Below are positions 50,987 through 63,315 of a DNA stretch of 64,000 nucleotides, piece by piece (positions within the stretch are counted from its first letter, which is position 1; the number at the start of each line of letters is the position of its first letter). Under the pieces are notes generated by a model. That model ran no database searches, had not been told where the DNA came from, and was given only the letters and a program-made list of their open reading frames with translations. This DNA comes from Octopus sinensis (taxonomy: Eukaryota). The stretch spans positions 31,806,001 through 31,870,000 of the forward strand of contig NC_043005.1 of assembly GCF_006345805.1 (NCBI RefSeq), in the 5' to 3' direction. A program made the translations under genes and the position numbers.

Positions 50987-51385
50987 GGCGTAGGAGCGGC
51001 TATGTGGTAAGTAGCTTGCTTATGAACCACATGGCTCCGGGTTCAGTCCCACTGCGTGGCACCTTGGGCAAATGTCTTCTACTATAGCCTCGGGCCGACC
51101 AAAGCCTTGTGGGTGGATTTGGTAGGCGGAAAAGTGAAAGAATCCCATCGTATATATGTATATATATTTATGTGTGTGTGTGTATGTTTGTGTGGCTGTC
51201 CCCCCTCCAACGTAGCTTGACAATCGATGCTGGTGTGTTTACGTCCCCGTAACTTAGCAGTTCGGCAAAAAGTGACCGATAGAATAAGTACTAGGCTTAC
51301 AAAGAATAAGTCCTGGGGTCGATTTGCTCGACTAAAGGCGGTGCTCCAGCATGGCCACAGTCAAAATGACTGAAAGAAGTAAGAA
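50987..51385 (+). mobile_element. SINE family A, full length
   Basis: GGCGTAGGAGCGGCTATGTGGTAAG head, GGTTCAGTCCC B-box-like motif, complete body and tail. Confidence 0.9.
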
Positions 51386-51409
51386 GATTTTTAAAAAAGA
51401 GTATACATA

Positions 51410-52686
51410 CAGGTAAAGGTAAAAAAGTGAAGTCCAAGGCTATATTGCAATTTGATGGAGGAGATAATAAAGATAAACGTAACAGGATGGGGTAGATGGG
51501 ATGGTCCTTATAACAGGGGTCATGCGTTAGAAACTAAAAACTATGCAATAGAATAGTAATGAAATTTAGTTAAGGTAAACAGAGTTGGGGAATCATTCCG
51601 AAATTATATCAATAAATAAATAATTTGGGTATAAATTAAGTGTGGTGTTGTTATTTACTAACTGTCATCATAATACCCCTATCAGAAGTGGGAAAAGACC
51701 AATGTCCATCCTACAACGTAATTACTCAGCTAATATTAAAAAACACTACCGTTTTGTTGGGTCTGTTAAAACTAATCAATAAAATACAAACAAATTTAAG
51801 AAAAATTCAAGGAAAATTTAAGAAATAATGGTCTAAGGGGCTTTAAATACTAAGGTGGATAATAAGAATAAATATGTACAGAAAGGAATATGAATACAAT
51901 ACGTCTGTGTGTGTGTGTGTGTGTGTATTGGGTGTGGATATATATGTGTGTGTATATATATATATATATATATACCGATTAATGTGTGCGTATATGTATC
52001 AGTGTATGTATACGTAATGTGTATGTGTGTATATGTGTATATATATATATATAAGAGATAATGGTGTCATTGAGAACCAAAGGTGTCAGGTAATGCTGAA
52101 TAAGTGCTATAGACAGACCATAGTTAAGTTCCAGATATATATATATATATGGATAAAACTTTCAGAACGTTTGTGCAAGCACATATATTTGTGCATATTT
52201 ATATGTATTTACGTATATACATTTCGTGATATAATAAACCCTACAGTTTTTTTTAATGAAAGTCTATAAATATTTATTTTCCTTACATAATTACCAAATA
52301 TTCATGATTTTCCTAAATTTTAATATTTTAATATTTCTCGTATATTTTAATATTTTTCATATATTGTAATATTTTATCAAGTATTCAAATATTTTATTAC
52401 CAGGTATTGCTTTTAAAAGCTTATTTATGTGAACATTAAAATATTGTAATATACGGATAGTTACTGGTAAAAGCAACAGCTTTTCGTACATTTTAATATT
52501 TAAATGTTTTGCACAGGCGCAGGAGTGGCTGTGTGGTAAGTAGCTTGTTTACCAACCACATGGTTCCGGGTTCAGTCCCACAGCGTGGCACCTTGGGCAA
52601 GTGTCTTCTACTGTAGTCTCGGGCCAACCAAAGCCTTGTGAGTGGATTTGGTAGACGGAAACTGAAAGAAGCCCATCGTATATTTG

Positions 52687-52736
<50 letters not shown>

Positions 52737-53568
52737 GCGTGTGTGTGTGTGTGTGTTTGTGTGTCTGTGTTTGTCCCCCTAGCATTGCTTGACAACCGAT
52801 GCTGGTGTGTTTATGTCCCCGTAAATTAGCGGTTCGGCAAAAAGTGACCGATAGAATAAGTACTGGGCTTACAAAAGAATAAGTCCCGGGATCGAGTTGC
52901 TCGATTAAAGGCGGTGCTCCAGTATGGCCGCAGTCAAATGACTGAAACAAGTAAAAGAGTAAAAGAGAGTTACCTCCCTTTAGCTATAATTCACATAAAT
53001 AAAAAAAATTTTCAGTTAGAAAAATATTTTTTCAAATAGAAAACTATTTTAAAAGTATTCATAACATAATAACAGATTCCTTTCTGTACATATTTAGTCC
53101 TAGTATCTAAAGCCCCTTAGACAATTATTTCTTAAATTTTCCTTGAATTTTTCTTAAATTAGTTTGTATTTTATTGATTAGTTTTAACAGACCCAACAAA
53201 ACGGTAGTGTTTTTTAATATTAGCTGAGCAATTACGTTGTAGCATGGACATTGGTTTTCCCCCACTTCTGATAGGGGTATTATGATGACAGTTAGTAAAT
53301 AACAACATCACACTTAATTTATACCCAAATTATTTATTTATTGATATAATTTCGGAATGATTCCCCAACTCTGTTTACCTTAACTAAATTTCATTACTAT
53401 TCTATTGCATAGTTTTTAGTTTCTAACGCATGACCCCAGTTATAAGGACCATCCCATCTATCCTATCTTGTAACGTTTATCTTCATTATCTCCATCAAAT
53501 TGCAATAAGATGTGATCTCACAACATCTGAATATAGCCTTGGACTTTACTTTTTTACTTTTTACCTTG
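51410..53568. mobile_element. Foldback structure with ~490-bp inverted arms flanked by TA
   Basis: 51410-51892 is the reverse complement of 53073-53568 with a few indels. TA lies at 51408-51409 and 53569-53570. Confidence 0.75.
52516..52968 (+). mobile_element. SINE family A, full length, inside the foldback spacer
   Basis: GGCGCAGGAGTGGCTGTGTGGTAAG...GTAAAAGAGTAAAAGAG. Confidence 0.9.
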
Positions 53569-53944
53569 TATCCTTACCGTTATGGACTTACTGACTCTCT
53601 GATGAAGCTTTGGAGTTCAATTTTAGTATGATATGTCAACTTCAGCATACTGGACCTCCAAAGTAGAGACAGCTGCAAGAGTGGAGTTGTATTTATTTAT
53701 TTATTCTTATGATTATAATAAATAAATCTTACTGATGTTTGTCAATTGAATCTCTTCTCCATTTTCTTCCTTGCCTTTTATAAATTCAGGATAAACTTTT
53801 GTTTACGTCCACTTGTACCTATTATTCAATAGTACTATTTCCTTCCAACAGTAAGACTGTGAATATAAATAGGTATCTTTCCAGTAGTATATTGGATATT
53901 TATTATCCCTTAGATGGTTGTCTAGACTCTAACTCATATATACT

Positions 53945-53980
<36 letters not shown>

Positions 53981-55489
53981 AAGGTGTAGATGTATATATG
54001 AACATGTAGACATGGGTATGGCTGAAACAGCTGTAAGATGTAGTTTATATTTATATTTATATTTATTTATATTCACTTATACATATTGTACTTATTGTAT
54101 CATATTACTCATTGATGTGCATTGTTTTGTTCTGTACTATTATATTTGACCTTGATGTTCATATGTAGTGGGTTAATAAATTATGTGATTGGGTATTATC
54201 TGGTAGTTGATTATTGATTAAGGTGTATTTCTCCATTTTCTTATTTTGTATTATTAATTTGTGGTAAAACATTTTACCTTTGCCCATATAATACAATAAA
54301 TGAATTAATTGCATCACAATTCTTAAAATTTATGTATTAACTTTGTTGGGTGCTTTACTGGCAGTATATTGGATATATGTTATCCCATGGTGGGTTGCAC
54401 TCACAACCCCTATCTCAATTTATATATATATATATATATATATATATGCATACACACACAAAGGAGTAGATGGCATGTATGCGTTTCATACATTCTCTTC
54501 TGGCTTGTACTTGTAATAATAGATACTTTGTAAATGTATTCATTAGACAGCAGTGCCGTAAATTGAAATGTTTTATAATTGTACCGTATCATGTCTGGTG
54601 ACAGAATTTATCAAAGTTCTATATATTTGGTGCATGACTATACTATGACTTTTTCTCAGACTTACTAGACTGTTACCAGTAAATTAGTGCCTTTTGCCGT
54701 TATTTTTTTCGGGTATGTTTTGAGTGCTTTGATCTGTTTCTGAGTTGGTACCGGAATCAACCATTTTTAATTCAATTATAGAAGCCATAAGTGAAGTGGT
54801 GTCTACGTTACATTTACATGAAGGGGTTTCGTGTTATATCTCATTCCGGAGTAAAGACAAGGGTTATCTGCGTGATCACGGTTTCAAGCCACAAGAAGAT
54901 GATTCGGAGTCGTAGTACAATCGAGACAACGTCACTGCTACATACCTACCGAGGTTCGTCCAATATACTGCAGGGTGAAAATTTATACTCCACTCATAGT
55001 TGTTTAACATACGTAATCCGTAGTTTCTATGGTCATGGAGTGCGTGTGCGCGCATGTGTGTCTGAATGCTCAGCGTGAATATAGTTCAATATGTTATAGT
55101 TCTAGGAGGTATGTGTAGAGGGGTGTTTGATGGTGTATGAAGAAATTCTCGTTATGGTAACAGATGGTAGATGGGTGCGGTCTGGATAATGGGAGAGAGC
55201 GTTATGCCTCTTGTAGTGTTGAGTACCATATATATATTGATGGGAGGAACGACGGTATAAATGACAGCAATGTGTTGTTTTTGAAATCATTCTGATATCA
55301 TTGAATGTTGTTCCTTGTTTTGTTGTAGTAGTTGTGGTGTTATGGGGTGCTATGTAGTGGATGGGGTAGGATGCGGAGTAGGTTAGCGAAATTGCATTTG
55401 GGATCCGCTAGAGACAAATATGTGTTTGAAAACTTATAATTTGATGTGTTTGGGGAACCGAAATTTTTTTCTCTTTTATTGAGTAGGTC

Positions 55490-55800
55490 CGCCGACAAGG
55501 TTAGTATCTCGGATTTTTTTCATACGATAAAAATTGTATCTGCGACTTTGCTTTGATTATAATGCACCAACTAGTGGGTGTGTTACTCAATCTGCAGTCT
55601 TTTAAGCTCCAAATGAATTTAGACTGTGACTTTGAGTTGCACTTTTGCAAATTTCTGAAAGAAGCTGTGTGGTGCATAAATCTATCCTTGAAAATATTTA
55701 TTGACACAAGCATGGGCAAGAAAATAGTTTGAATAGATAATTCCTAGCTGTTAAAAGGTTCATTGATAAAAAGTGCATATCTTCAAACACTTCCATTTAC
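55490..55800 (-). mobile_element. Penelope-like GIY-YIG C-terminal remnant
   Basis: FKDRFMHHTASFRNLQKCNSKSQSKFIWSLKD is homologous to the 22870-23145 fragment. Confidence 0.6.
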
Positions 55801-57553
55801 CACGACAAAGATATTCCTATATACTCCCTTGAGAAAACGGAGGTAATATGAGATAAAATAATTTTTAACATAGGAGGAAGGAAAAGAATTAGAGAAAATG
55901 AAGGTGAAAGCAGAGATAAAAGTTTAAAATAACATTGAAATGGTTGTGTCTAAAAGCAGAACGGTAGGGTAACAGAACGGAGAAAGTTAGAGAACAGGGA
56001 GAGTGGGGAGCAGACCGAAGGGAAGAAGGGAACAGAAGGAGTGAGTGTAGGGGAGCGATACGAGGGAGAGTAGGTGAGCAAAACGAAGAGAATTAGAAAA
56101 TTGGAGAGCAGAAAGGGAGAGTAGGAGAACAGAGCTTGATAGTGTAGAAAAATAAAATGAGGAAATGGAACAGAACGGAATGATGTAGAATCTGAAGGAG
56201 AAACGGGTGACGGGGATAAAAATAGCAACGAGATAATGACTCCGAAGACAAAAAGGCGAGCCATCAGAAGATGAAGGAGTTAATGATGACGATAAAGAAG
56301 TAAAACGGGAATAGATAAAAGAAATTTAATTTACGAGAAATTTTTATTCAAAAGCCGAATAAATAAAACACGAGAACATTACAGAAATTTTCAATAAAAC
56401 GCTTATTATAAAATAACGAGCCAGATACTTGGAAAGGAAACTAAACGGAGCAAATGTAACAAAGCAATAACTACTCAGTGGCGTCCACTAAACAAGTATT
56501 ATGTTCTTTTCATGTCGCTTTTCTAAATATTAATGAAGTTAATAAAGAGAACAAAGATGTTGTTCTACCCAAGTAGTTCTAACAATGTCCAACACCATGA
56601 AAAAAGACAACAACAAAATAGTTTTAATTATCCAAGAAATATATTTGGTTACGATTTAAAAGAATGAAAGGCCTTATTAATATACAAGGCGCCAACATGG
56701 TGATAATCTTACAATTATAATTGTCTGCATTTTAATTTTTATTCAAAGCTGGAACCGCTTTTCTTCTCTAAATTTGCTCATGCCTTTAAGAAAACATTTT
56801 TCATGCTTCTGTAAAGATTCGTGAATTCAGTTATTATATACTGCAAAGAAAACAAAGGCGATTTAAGGTAAAAGTAAAAATCATCTTTCTTAATGGTGAA
56901 AAAGGGAGGCTGAGAAAAATTTAAGTTAAATTTAAGCAATAAAGTGAAGATAAGGAGCAATCGAGTGACAAAACCTTTTAAACGATAAGGAGAAAGAATG
57001 CCAATACGAATTCATTGAAATAATAACAAACTTATTTTCTGGAATTGATTAGATTTGTTCTTACCACCAATATCTAATAGGCTAGGGAAAAGTAAACTAC
57101 AGAGTAATTATAAGACTGGCCTAAAAATGACAATCTTAATATGAAAATGGAAAATCTAATTATGATGACTCAAAAGTATATGATTTAGAGAAAAAAATTA
57201 GTTCATGAAAAAAGTAAGGAGAAAAACTATCAAACTTTGAGAGAAATTGTAAATAATGCATTGCAATGAAGATTACATTGTTAATAAATCGTATAAAATG
57301 AGCAAAAAACGATTATAAAAATGTAAAGAATATGTTTTGGTGAGCAAAGAAAAAAATACCAAACCGAACAAGTAGGCAAGGCAATTGAAATAAAACTCCT
57401 TGAGAAATAGGTCGGAGCAAAAACTAGAAAATGGTTGATGTAAAATCCAACGTAATTATTGTGCATAAATAAGAACTTGAAGCATAACTGATTGGAAAAG
57501 GAATGTGCTGACAGTTGATGTCAAGATATATAACTAACGATTGATGAGTGTAT

Positions 57554-57752
<199 letters not shown>

Positions 57753-57864
57753 TTTATTTTATAGAAGGAGCTTGTACAGGACTAGAACTGTTTCATTCAA
57801 ATGAAGATGATTTCATTTGAATGAAACAGTTCTAGTCCTGTAGAAGCTCCATCTATAAAATAAA
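57753..57864. repeat. Near-perfect hairpin: 53-bp arms, 6-nt loop
   Basis: 57753-57805 versus the reverse complement of 57812-57864 has 2 mismatches; loop GATGAT. Confidence 0.95.
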
Positions 57865-58597
57865 TTAATTTGCTCTGCTATGTATTGAGTACCTTATTTA
57901 CTGTGGTTAACCCCGACTCAACCCGGGACCTACATATATATATATATATATATATACATACATGCATACATACATACATGCATACATACATATATATGTG
58001 TGTGTGTGTGTATATACACCTGTCTGTGTTCGGATTGTCTTTGCACAGGGGCCATCCGGACCCCCGCCTTCGCTTTGAACAGGAATTAATCTTCTCTCTT
58101 CGCCACATGGGCACAACTCCCCTCCCCTTTTCATCTGACTCCCCTCCTCTCTTCTCTTCATGTGACACCTTCTTCCTCTCTTCACTCCTCCCCACCTTCT
58201 TCCTTCATCGATACCTCCTCTATCCACACCATACCCCCACACATCCCACTCCCACATACCCCACCCCACCTTCACATCCCCACAACCCAACGCCTTCATA
58301 CCACACACTACCACACCACATCGCACCACCCCGCACACACTAGCACTGACTATTTCCCACCATCCATCATCCACACACCCACACCTTACAGACGCACACA
58401 TCGATATGTCAAAGTCACCAGCCCCTATCCACACGCGCACACACACTTTCACATACGCACTCGCACGCGCACATTTGTTTTGGGATCACTAATGATTTAT
58501 TATCTCCCCTTCTTCCCAGCTCTCCTGTCTAACTGCCTTTGTCCAGCCAGTCGCCATGATTGACCGCTAACTCCAAAAATTTTTTATTCTCTCTCTC

Positions 58598-58975
58598 TCT
58601 TTTACTCTTTTACTCTTTTACTTGTTTCAGTCATTTAACCGCCTTTAGTCAAGCAAATCGACCCCAGGACTTATTCTTTGTAAGCCTAGTACTTATTCTA
58701 TCGCTCTCTCTTGACGAACCGCTAAGTTACGGGTGCGTAAACACACCAAGATTGGTTGTCAAGCGATTTTGGGGAGGACAAACCCACACACACATACACA
58801 TACATATACATATATACGACAGGCTTCTTTCAGTTTCCATCTACCAAATCCGCTCACAAGGCTTTGGTCAGCCCGAGGCTATAGTAGAAGACACTTACTC
58901 AAGGTGCCACGCAGTGGGACTGAACCCGGAACTATGTTGTTGGTAAGCAAGCTACTTACCAAACAGCCACTCCTC
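58598..58975 (-). mobile_element. SINE family A
   Basis: Reverse complement of the full family A organisation, with a small deletion in the tail. Confidence 0.85.
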
Positions 58976-58979
58976 TCTG

Positions 58980-59135
58980 TTTATTTTTTCGTGTTCCTTT
59001 CTGTTAAGAGCGTAGGCTCGAAACGTAAACGACTTTCTCACCTTCCCGCGCATCAAACTAATACACTTGCTTGTTGTTTATACAACTATCTTCATCTTTT
59101 GTTTTTCTGTAAATTTCAACTATATATACACATAT
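58980..59135 (+). mobile_element. Second copy of the dispersed repeat with hammerhead-like motif
   Basis: CTTT-CTGTTAA-GAGC(gtag)GCTC-GAAAC-GT-A-AACG at 58997-59031; flanks resemble 39735-39900. Confidence 0.5.
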
Positions 59136-59149
59136 ATATTTTTTTTTTT

Positions 59150-59312
59150 TTTACTTATTTCAGTCATTTTGACTGTGGCCATGCCGGAGAACCGCCTTTA
59201 GTCGAAGAAATCGGTCCCTGGACTTATTCTTTGTAAGCCTAGTACTTATTCTATCGGTTTCTTCTGCAGAACCGCTAAGTAACGGGGACATAAACACACC
59301 AAGACTGGTTGT
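59150..59312 (-). mobile_element. SINE family A, 3' fragment
   Basis: Reverse complement of the tail and 3' body. Confidence 0.8.
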
Positions 59313-59559
59313 CATGGAGATTGGATATCAGGATAACTGTCAACCTCAGTGTCTCTTATTTTGTGATTCCGTTGTTTGTTGTTCCATTTATAATATGACG
59401 GTAATTGATAGTACAACGGGGTTTTAGCGAAAGAGTCGTAGAGCTAGGGATCGCTGACCAGCAGTTTCTGTAGTGAAATATATTCTTTGCCCATTCTCTA
59501 AATGAGCAGAGAGTTGTTTTACTGGAGGATATCGTTCATGAATAGGGAAGCTAAATGTT

Positions 59560-60805
59560 CTTCAAAAAGTCTCATTGCTGCAAATATACCGCCCCATTTG
59601 GAAGTGTGTCGCAACATCTTGAAATTCTGTTGTTGAAGGGTGAACACTGTAGCATCAGAAACTTTATTAACATATTAATAAATGTAGTTATGGTGCCCTT
59701 CTTCTGTATGATGGATATCCATCATTACCAGTTTGCGTTTCTTTAACGAAATTTTTAGGATAATGTTTCATACATTTTTTGTCTTTCATGCAAGATGCAG
59801 TTGAGCTAAGGTCACTACATGGGGGATGAACCATGCTCGATTTCACAATTTCGTAAAGTTCTTTGTCTTTTGTGGGGTTTGGAATTTCTGCTGAAATTAT
59901 GGAATCAATCTCATCAGTTTGAATTTTCTGCAAAAACCAGATTAATATATGTGTGTTAGGTAGGCCTCTTTTTTGCCATTCAATTGTATACATGTAGCAA
60001 CGTACTGGTCAAAATATGTAAGACGTAGTTATGAAGTCCATCAATTTCAAAACCTTGAGATGAAAAACTCTTGCAATTAGGTTGTGTCTGTTGATGTATA
60101 ATTGTCCTGAAAAATGCTCAGCTTGGATTTCGTTCTATTTAGGATTGCAAGTAAAAGTGATGACAAGATCAGGACGTCCATAATTACGCACGTAAGTCAT
60201 GGCATCCTGTGTTCTCTTGTGCATATATCTTGGGTTTCCTGTAAAACTGGATGGGAGAATACAAAGATGTCCAAGCCCTGTCCAAGCCCTGTCCCAGCAA
60301 TATCATTGTTAATGCCATCTCGTAAATGCACGAACTATTCTGAACGTAGTTCTTTTTGGTGCATTTTTATGTAGCACAACCTTTCCGGCTCTATTTTGGC
60401 ATACATATCAACAACATACAGGTAAAAAAAAGACCTTGGCAATAGTGAGAATGATTAAACGAATTACTTCGAATCATCAAGCGATGAACATAATAATCCC
60501 TACACGATGCAGTTCTTTTGGAAGTGATTCTTCCAACTTGTAGTATACCAAAGTGGTATCCATCTTCTCCGTTAACAAAAAGCAAAGGATATTGTAAAGC
60601 ATCATATGAACCTTGAGTTTCATTTATGAATGTGATGCTATTGTCACGATACTTCAAAACAATATCTCGTTTACCATGTTGTTCTCTAACCATAATAATT
60701 GCCACTTCATTACACTCAGGAACATTGAATCGACAGACATGTTCTCCTGCTGGTCTTTTGTCGGCATCGATGACAACTTGAAAGTCTGCAATTGAAGTAT
60801 ATTCT
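59560..60805 (-). mobile_element. Helitron Rep/helicase remnant
   Basis: TIEWQKRGLPNTHILIW (HUH Rep motif), ISAEIP..DKELYEIV...MVH, YPKNF..ET....DGYPSYRRR, and YDALQYPLLF..GEDGY. Confidence 0.9.
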
Positions 60806-60809
60806 AAAG

Positions 60810-61570
60810 CAAGGTTCGCCAAATGGAATCCGACGGAACCTCTAGGAATCGACGAGGAATTACAGGGGTTCGATGATAGCCAAGGGGTCGAATGGGGTCG
60901 GCGTGCGAGAGACCAGCTCACCCAGATGAACTGCTTGAAATATTTAGTCAGCTCTATTAAACGTGGGAAAACATGATAAATTTTCACTGCAGTGAGTAGT
61001 CTGCTGTTGCTAATGTTCGATGTCTGATTTCATAATCTGTATAGTAATCGAAGATTGAGAAGCGTGATTGAGGGAATGCGGAGTGTCAAATGTTTGCTTA
61101 TGGAAATGACCAGGCATGCTGGGGGAGATAAGATACTAAATACATATCTCAGAAACGTTTTTATTGGTAAGTCATTGTAGGTGTTGGATTTGTGAATCTG
61201 GAATGTTGATCACTTGAACGCTCGCTACGCCGTTCTTTGTGCTGTGGTTGTCTCTCTATCAGCGAATTGTCTGATTTGAGTGTCAATATTGCGGCGAAAT
61301 ATTTTGAGATCAGAAGTCTGAGTGACTTTTGGTATAAGAAAACAAGTAAAAGGTACCCACACCTTAAAGCGGCAACTGAGCCATTCCTTCTGGCATTTCC
61401 CAGCTCCTATGTGGTAGAAGCTGGCTTCAGCCATACAAACACAATCCTCAGGAAACAGAGGAATCGTCTGAACCTGGAGGAACGAGGCGATTTGAGACTG
61501 AAACTGTCCAACATTCAGCCTGATATCAATGCCTTGATACAAGATAGCCATGCTCATACCTCAAATTGAT
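60810..61570 (+). mobile_element. hAT (Buster/Charlie-like) remnant: left end plus transposase C-terminal dimerisation region
   Basis: FWY...YPHL.....LLAFPSSYVVEAGFS...KQRNRL....DLRLKLS.IQPDI (61237-61569). The left end CAAGGTTCGCCAAA is followed by GGAACC/GGTTCG subterminal motifs. Confidence 0.75.
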
Positions 61571-62185
61571 AATGTCAATTTCAATAAAACATATTCCAGC
61601 AATATGATGCGTTTTTCACATTTTCTAACCGCAAAAACAATTTCATAAAAATTGAAAGTTTGATATTGTATATTTGTACACGTTGTTTTAAATGTAAAAA
61701 GTGTCATCTTCAGTAGAATATGTTGAAGAAATAAATTAATGTAAATTTGACAAAAGTAAATTGCCGTTGAACATGCTTGAAATCCACGGGAAATCTGCAA
61801 TTAAATATCGTATGTTTGAAGTTAGCTGAGAACTTTATGGAGAAAATATAACGAAAAAGTGACTGTATAGAGGGGGATAAATAAGGGCGTGTAAATATGT
61901 GGTTTCAATTAAGAAGAAAATAGTTGTTTTCGAAGTCATTAAAAAAATATAAATGATTCGTAAGAATAGCTGAACGTTTAAACAATACAACTAAATACAG
62001 TTTTGTACTTAAGAGATGAGGAATTATATACATTATTTACATTTGGCGGATACTTGTCCTCATCTTGTTTGATGTTAACACATTTCGGTCGATATACCCT
62101 CCAGCCTTCATCAAGTGTTTTGGAGAAATTTCGAACCTGAGTTCTCATTCCTAAGGTATTTTTGATGTTATTGTTGTTGTTGTTG

Positions 62186-62266
<81 letters not shown>

Positions 62267-62968
62267 TGTTTGACTTTTGCTTTATATTTGTACAAGTTTG
62301 CTCCAAGTCTCACTCAGAGATCTCAAGAGACAACAGGTTGGAAGTTCATGTTGTTGTTATGCCTAGTGTGCCATATATTTGGTTTTGTATTTAGTGTTGC
62401 ACTAGTGAATGTCTAAAAAAAACATACGAAAATTATGTTTGTTTTAAAACTTGAGATTACATAGAAAGTATTTTGCGTAGGATATGAGCAGTTCCCATGA
62501 GCACTATCTTTTGAATTTCTGCCATTTTGGGGTTTCCTGGTATCTGAGTTAGGTAGCAATCAGCCCCTTTTGCTATCATTCCCAGGGCACCTATGACAAC
62601 AGGTATTGTTTTAGTCTTCAAGTTCCTCATTTTACTGATTTCTATTTCAAGATCTTTATATTTGCTCAGTTTTTGGTAGGTCTTGACAGATACGTTTATA
62701 TCGATTGGGACAGTCATATCAATGAGGACGCATGTTCTTTGTCTGAAGTCTTTCAATATGATGTCTGGCCTATTTGCATCTATCTTTCTGTCAGTTTGAA
62801 GTTTGCATCTATCTTTCTGACAGTTTGAAATTTGCATCTATCTTTCTGTCAGTTTGAAGTTTGCATCTATCTTTCTGTCAGTTTGAAATTTGCATCTATC
62901 TTTCTGTCGGTTTGAAATTTGTATCTATCTTTCTATCAGTTTCAAATTTGCATCTATCTTTCTGTCAG

Positions 62969-62971
<3 letters not shown>
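62267..62971 (-). mobile_element. R4/Dong-like LINE 3' fragment (RLE domain and 3' UTR) inserted in (AAT)n
   Basis: ANRPDIILKD...CVLIDMTVP...KLSKYKDL...IPVVIGALG...GTAHILRKILSM*. Flanked by (ATT)n at 62165-62266 and 62971-63198. Confidence 0.9.
62773..62971. repeat. 29-bp tandem repeat x7 at the LINE 5' junction
   Basis: TTTGCATCTATCTTTCTGTCAGTTTGAA(A/G) starts at 62773, 62802, 62831, 62860, 62889, 62918 and 62947. Confidence 0.95.
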
Positions 62972-63045
<74 letters not shown>

Positions 63046-63119
63046 CATTATTATTATTATCATCATTATTATTATTATTATTATTATAATTATTATTATT
63101 ATTATTATTATAATTATTA

Positions 63120-63203
<84 letters not shown>

Positions 63204-63273
63204 TCACTGCTTGGAATCGAACTCGGAATCTTGGGACTAGAAGCCCGCGCTCTTAACCACTACGCCATATGCC

Positions 63274-63315
63274 CTGATGAAGGCTGGAGGGTATATCAGC
63301 TGAAACTTTGTGTTA
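63274..63315 (+). ncRNA. Partial hammerhead motif (inverted tail)
   Basis: CTGATGA-A-GGCTG(gagggtatat)CAGCT-GAAAC-TT-T-GTGTT; the 5' strand of stem I is missing and the stem III palindrome is broken. Confidence 0.5.

Noticed and set aside
54850-55010. Additional GIY-YIG remnant (SGV*IFTLQYIGRTS, minus strand)
   Set aside because: A single short motif containing a stop; insufficient without a search.
60391-60987. 198-aa ORF as an intact protein
   Set aside because: Chimeric: the N-terminal part reads through the hAT end and the remainder is a Helitron fragment.
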